Below, one piece after another: positions 32,903 through 36,030 of a stretch of DNA of 36,030 bases (the first letter of the stretch is position 1; each line of letters opens with the position of its first letter). Origin of the DNA: an uncultured Candidatus Peribacteria bacterium. Its GTDB lineage: Bacteria; Patescibacteriota; Gracilibacteria; Peribacterales; Peribacteraceae. The stretch lies in the NCBI GenBank assembly GCA_964348745.1, contig CAYGDT010000003.1, forward strand, positions 1 through 36,030, read 5' to 3'. A program made the translations under genes and the position numbers. Below the pieces are notes generated by a model. It made no database searches and had not been told where the DNA came from. It saw only the letters and a list, made by a program, of their open reading frames with translations.

Positions 32903-34696
32903 TTACGCAAGTTTGATCTGCTTTCTACGCTGCATCATGGTTTGTGCGGCTCCAGCCACTCCGGACAGTCCTAGGAATATCGCATCAAACGCTGCTCCCG
33001 TTGGTGGAAGGTTTGAAATGATTGCTATGTCGGAGGTCTGAATGCGCTGCTCGAGCGAGACGGTATCCATGCCACCACCGCTCACAGTGACAATATTTGG
33101 CACGCTGATACCGTTTGGTGCTCTTCGATCCACTTGTGCGGTGTACTGAACACTCCATACTTGCTCCGGTTCCAACGATGGGATAACCCATGCAATGCTG
33201 TTTGCGCTCATGGTACCTCCTTGGCCACCACTCAGAATCTGCATGTATGGAGAATCCATGCGATCTTCTACCTTCACGGCTGTGAGGGTTCTTCCGGTAA
33301 TATTTCGAAGAGTCACAGTGTATGTTACCTGTTCACCGGGTTGGACTTCCGTGCGATCAGATGTTTTGCTGATCAGCACATCATCCTGACCGGAAACGCC
33401 AATTCCACGTACATTTGTATCAACCGTGGTATAGTCTACCGATTGTGCTCCGTTTACGGCAATTGTGCTTTTCAACCTCGTTCCGATCGGCGCATCACTG
33501 CGCACGCGTCCGGTGACTCGCAATGAGCGTGTTCCATTTGGAGCAACCGTAAGCCCCTTCCAGCGTACATTCGTTCCGGTCCAGTAGCCTCCTTCGCTTG
33601 CGTCGACGAATTCTAGATATGTCGGAAGAGCGTTTTGTAAATCGAGTTCCGTCGCCAATTGATTGGTTTCGTTTTGAAGACCGATATCGTACGTCACAAG
33701 TGAACCAGGAGCCACTTGGTCTAGGTTATCTGTCGTTGTTGCGATGATTGCATCGGGTAGTGCACCTGTATGAATAGTTGTGGTGTCTGATGCTACGGAA
33801 ACTCCGATCGAGGCATGCGTGCGAACCATATAAAATTCAGGAACGTCTTCTTTTATACGGAGTGCGACGCGATATTCTCGAGCGCCGCGCGGTTCAATTG
33901 TTTGAGCATTCCACGTGATCGCCTGACGATTGCTTGCGTATTTTCCATCGATTGCGACTACCTCGGTATCCGTCGGAATTTGAAATCGAAGGTCGAAATC
34001 ACGCATTTGACTGCTTGGGTTCGTTACAGCAATGAGATATTCCAGAACTTCGCCCGGCTGGGCATACTTCTTTCCATCCGTGACGGAAATATCCAGTCTT
34101 GGTGCTGATTGGATATCAATATTATGATCATGTGTAACACGTGTTGTATCAGTTGTTTTCTCCCCTTCGCCGTAGGCCTCCGCAACGAGAAGCAGGCCTT
34201 CCTGAGCACCTGGCTTCACTTCTACCGTCACAGTAAGCTTTCGGAGGTTTCCTGGGTACAGAGTTACATTCTTCCATGAAATCAGTTCGTCATTGCGTGT
34301 AGCATCACCACTTGTTCCTATGAGGTTCGTTTGGTGCGGCATCTGGAAATGCACGTCGATGTTTTCCGGATTCTCACGCTCAGTACGCAGTCCGATAATA
34401 TACGTTAAACTGCCGCTCGGGGTGACAGTTTCCTTGCCATCACTCAATGAAAGAAACAAACCTTGACCAGTCGGACCTTCGCTTTCGTCTTGTAACGAGA
34501 GACACTGCACGTCCTGCGGATAGTCAATCATTCCATCGTGGTCATTATCAATTCCGTCAGCACATTCAGTAAAAATCGCTTCAGCTATGTTGACGGGAAA
34601 TCCAGTGGAGATTGCATGAAGAGTGATAACAGCTATACCGAGCATCGAAGCGATGCCGAGCAGTTTGCCGCGGGTTAGACAACAAGGAAGTTCCAT
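32903..34696 (-). CDS. LPXTG-anchored surface protein with four DUF11 (conserved repeat domain) repeats
   Basis: N-terminal signal/TM. A CADGIDNDHDGMIDYPQDVQC module. Four repeats of the DUF11 type (for example LISKTSDRTEVQPGEQVTYTVTLRNITGRTLTAVKVEDRM). C-terminal sortase signal LPPTG, then a hydrophobic helix, then QRRKQIK. Confidence 0.88.
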   Translation of the reverse strand: MELPCCLTRGKLLGIASMLGIAVITLHAISTGFPVNIAEAIFTECADGIDNDHDGMIDYPQDVQCLSLQDESEGPTGQGLFLSLSDGKETVTPSGSLTYIIGLRTERENPENIDVHFQMPHQTNLIGTSGDATRNDELISWKNVTLYPGNLRKLTVTVEVKPGAQEGLLLVAEAYGEGEKTTDTTRVTHDHNIDIQSAPRLDISVTDGKKYAQPGEVLEYLIAVTNPSSQMRDFDLRFQIPTDTEVVAIDGKYASNRQAITWNAQTIEPRGAREYRVALRIKEDVPEFYMVRTHASIGVSVASDTTTIHTGALPDAIIATTTDNLDQVAPGSLVTYDIGLQNETNQLATELDLQNALPTYLEFVDASEGGYWTGTNVRWKGLTVAPNGTRSLRVTGRVRSDAPIGTRLKSTIAVNGAQSVDYTTVDTNVRGIGVSGQDDVLISKTSDRTEVQPGEQVTYTVTLRNITGRTLTAVKVEDRMDSPYMQILSGGQGGTMSANSIAWVIPSLEPEQVWSVQYTAQVDRRAPNGISVPNIVTVSGGGMDTVSLEQRIQTSDIAIISNLPPTGAAFDAIFLGLSGVAGAAQTMMQRRKQIKLA

Positions 34697-34719
34697 AAGA
34701 CCTTTGGGTAAAGGCGAAT

Positions 34720-34748
34720 ACTATAATGATTTCGTATGTATATGTCAA
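34720..34748 (-). promoter_or_regulatory. candidate promoter of the DUF11/LPXTG gene
   Basis: Minus strand: TTGACA (complement of 34743-34748), N17, TATAGT (complement of 34720-34725). 23 nt separate the -10 from the ATG at 34696. Confidence 0.55.
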
Positions 34749-34862
34749 GCAATAAGATTTTATCTTAAAACAGGGCTGATAGTAAAACTGACACAGCAAA
34801 CGTGCTCTAATCTCAACATGACATTTTTTTTAAGAGCTTCCTATGGTTACTGTTTACTTTTT

Positions 34863-34871
34863 GGGGGGGGG
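34863..34871. repeat. G9 (C9 on the minus strand) homopolymer tract
   Basis: Nine consecutive G in the intergenic DNA between the ClpP-like gene stop (34921) and the surface-protein promoter. Confidence 0.95.
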
Positions 34872-34920
34872 CAGATGAAGGAACTTATCACGGGTCAAAT
34901 GGTAAACGGATATGCCTTTG

Positions 34921-35871
34921 CTATATCAGTTCTGCAATAAGTGCTGTGACACGAGATTGAAACGGTCCATCTAGTTCTACTGAAAGATCATCGTCAGAAT
35001 CATGGATTACACGACAATCAACTCCTTCCTCCCGAAGCCGCCAGACTACTTCGGACATATTGAACATTCTGGAAGTAATTTCTTTCCCTTTTCGTATTGC
35101 TGGCATGTGTGAATTTTTCACGAACGATTTTCTCAAACTATCAAAATCTTCATGTATCGTGAGACCTTTGATTCCTTGGAGTTCCATGCCCGTAGCTGTA
35201 AAATCGCCATCCATGTTGAATCGACTTAAGTCTCCTGATGCCAGATAGTCTAGAGGAGACTGATCAAACATCTCCTGTAATTCCATATTGAATGCGTGAT
35301 CATCAGAAAAGAGCTGGGCGCCTGCGCGTTGCACGAGATTTATTTTTCTGGCCGCCAAAAGCAACGAGAATAATTGTCTCGTGTAGTAGCGCATTAACCG
35401 TAGTATATGTGCGTGATCTGGCTGCTCAATCGTGCTGTTCTCCACTATTTGTCGTCCATGCCAAAGAAATGAGGTATTCCGGAGACAATGCCGTTTGGCA
35501 TTATTGATATTTGCACCAAAAATGTTGGCACCCGCACTCATGACCTTATTTCCGCCGTACAAGTATACTTCTCCTTTGTCGCTCATATCTTGTGCTAACC
35601 CAATCGCCGAATGTTGCGCTGAGTCGTAGCCACCATTGGTATCTAGAAAAATGTGAAGTTTGTTCCCGTTGTTTCTTAGCAAACTCTTCATACGTCCTCT
35701 TTGCTGATTGGAGAGATGTGCAGCCCGATGCAGTTTTTGTGTTTCATGGTGGCTCAACGTATCACTCGCTGTTTCCGGACTCATCGTTCCATATTGTTTC
35801 CATCGTTCGTCATACATTATAAACGCTCCTTCATTCATTAGATCTCCAACAAGAGGGTAAAAGTATTCCAT
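34921..35871 (-). CDS. divergent ClpP-fold serine protease with N- and C-terminal extensions
   Basis: LHIFLDTNGGYDSAQHSAIGLAQDMSDKGEVYLYGGNKVMSAGANIFGA...RHCLRNTSFLWHGR...DGDFTATGMELQGIKGL aligns with the ClpP core around the Ser, His and Asp triad residues. It carries about 70 extra N-terminal and about 80 extra C-terminal residues. AT-rich: a hand count of 35101-35220 gives 48/120 G+C. Confidence 0.7.
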   Translation of the reverse strand: MEYFYPLVGDLMNEGAFIMYDERWKQYGTMSPETASDTLSHHETQKLHRAAHLSNQQRGRMKSLLRNNGNKLHIFLDTNGGYDSAQHSAIGLAQDMSDKGEVYLYGGNKVMSAGANIFGANINNAKRHCLRNTSFLWHGRQIVENSTIEQPDHAHILRLMRYYTRQLFSLLLAARKINLVQRAGAQLFSDDHAFNMELQEMFDQSPLDYLASGDLSRFNMDGDFTATGMELQGIKGLTIHEDFDSLRKSFVKNSHMPAIRKGKEITSRMFNMSEVVWRLREEGVDCRVIHDSDDDLSVELDGPFQSRVTALIAELI

Positions 35872-35877
35872 AGTTTA

Positions 35878-35906
35878 TATTTAAACGCTTTTTTTCTAAA
35901 TGTCAA
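35878..35906 (-). promoter_or_regulatory. candidate promoter of the ClpP-like gene (leaderless geometry)
   Basis: Minus strand: TTGACA (complement of 35901-35906), N17, TAAATA (complement of 35878-35883). Only 6 nt separate the -10 from the ATG at 35871. Confidence 0.5.
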
Positions 35907-35969
35907 ATTACTACGTACCAGCTCCCTCTGTATTTGCAGGAGCTATGCTTGTAGTACAACGTCGAATCA

Positions 35970-36030
35970 TGGTGGGCGCCGGGGGATTCGAACCCTCGAC
36001 CCTCTCGGTGTAAACGAGATGCTCTAACCA
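35970..36030 (-). tRNA. tRNA-Val (anticodon UAC), 5' end cut by the window edge, CCA encoded
   Basis: The reverse complement reads TGGTTAGAGC A TCTCG TTTACAC CGAGA GGGTC GAGGG TTCGAAT CCCCC GGCGCCC A CCA. This gives an anticodon loop with TAC, a canonical T-loop (one A-C mismatch in the T stem), a 7-nt 3' acceptor strand, discriminator A and CCA. Confidence 0.85.

Noticed and set aside
34697-35969. Integrated prophage or genomic island at the 3' end of tRNA-Val
   Set aside because: There is no integrase, no other phage genes, and no direct repeat of the tRNA 3' end in the window. Only composition and the ClpP-like gene hint at foreign origin, so it is reported only as a question.
1-36030. 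Alternative genetic code (UGA recoded, as in some CPR lineages)
   Set aside because: Conserved genes terminate at TGA at the expected length (for example tyrS, rluD and the lipoprotein gene), and long conserved ORFs are uninterrupted under the standard code.

Overview
This is a 36-kb chromosomal segment, mostly housekeeping genes, read with the standard genetic code (TGA, TAA and TAG all terminate conserved genes). I support 36 protein-coding calls, two of them low-confidence small ORFs: a partial PCD/DCoH gene at the left edge, tyrS, an RluD-type pseudouridine synthase, a ComGA/PilB-like ATPase, a class B PBP, glmS, rpsT, ruvX, recA, a Nudix hydrolase, a MOSC protein, a cold-shock protein, dnaB, mraY, gap, fbp, nadK, purA, prmC, two GT1 glycosyltransferases, a DciA/DUF721 protein, rpsP, a KH protein, several envelope or surface proteins and a few orphans. 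There is also one partial tRNA-Val(UAC) at the right edge. I found no rRNA, CRISPR array, transposase, integrase or reverse transcriptase. Several features suggest a Patescibacteria/CPR-like small-genome bacterium (inference, low to moderate confidence): a TrbC/VirB2-like pilin mini-protein, a sigma region 4 + HARE-HTH protein, DUF11/LPXTG and CGDG cysteine-repeat surface proteins, DciA, and no Shine-Dalgarno sequences. The observations I rate highest are these. (1) Three GGTGT-N8-ACAC(C/T) palindromes with LexA-box geometry, all intergenic. Two sit in the divergent hydrolase/recA promoter region. The third overlaps a promoter in an otherwise unexplained 577-bp gap and precedes an orphan 80-codon ORF. 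(2) A recurring pyrimidine-rich leader with 7-nt (once 9-nt) periodicity directly abuts start codons, and it is often paired with a purine-rich array to form long imperfect inverted repeats between genes. (3) Canonical TTGACA/TATAAT-type promoters sit so close to the ATG that several mRNAs would be leaderless. (4) AT-rich orphan genes carry their own strong promoters: a two-gene cassette after glmS, and a divergent ClpP-fold protease with extensions next to tRNA-Val. (5) An intergenic locus between cspA and dnaB is open in five of six frames, and one frame encodes a double zinc-ribbon mini-protein. All functional interpretations beyond motif-level homology are inference and need database or experimental checks.
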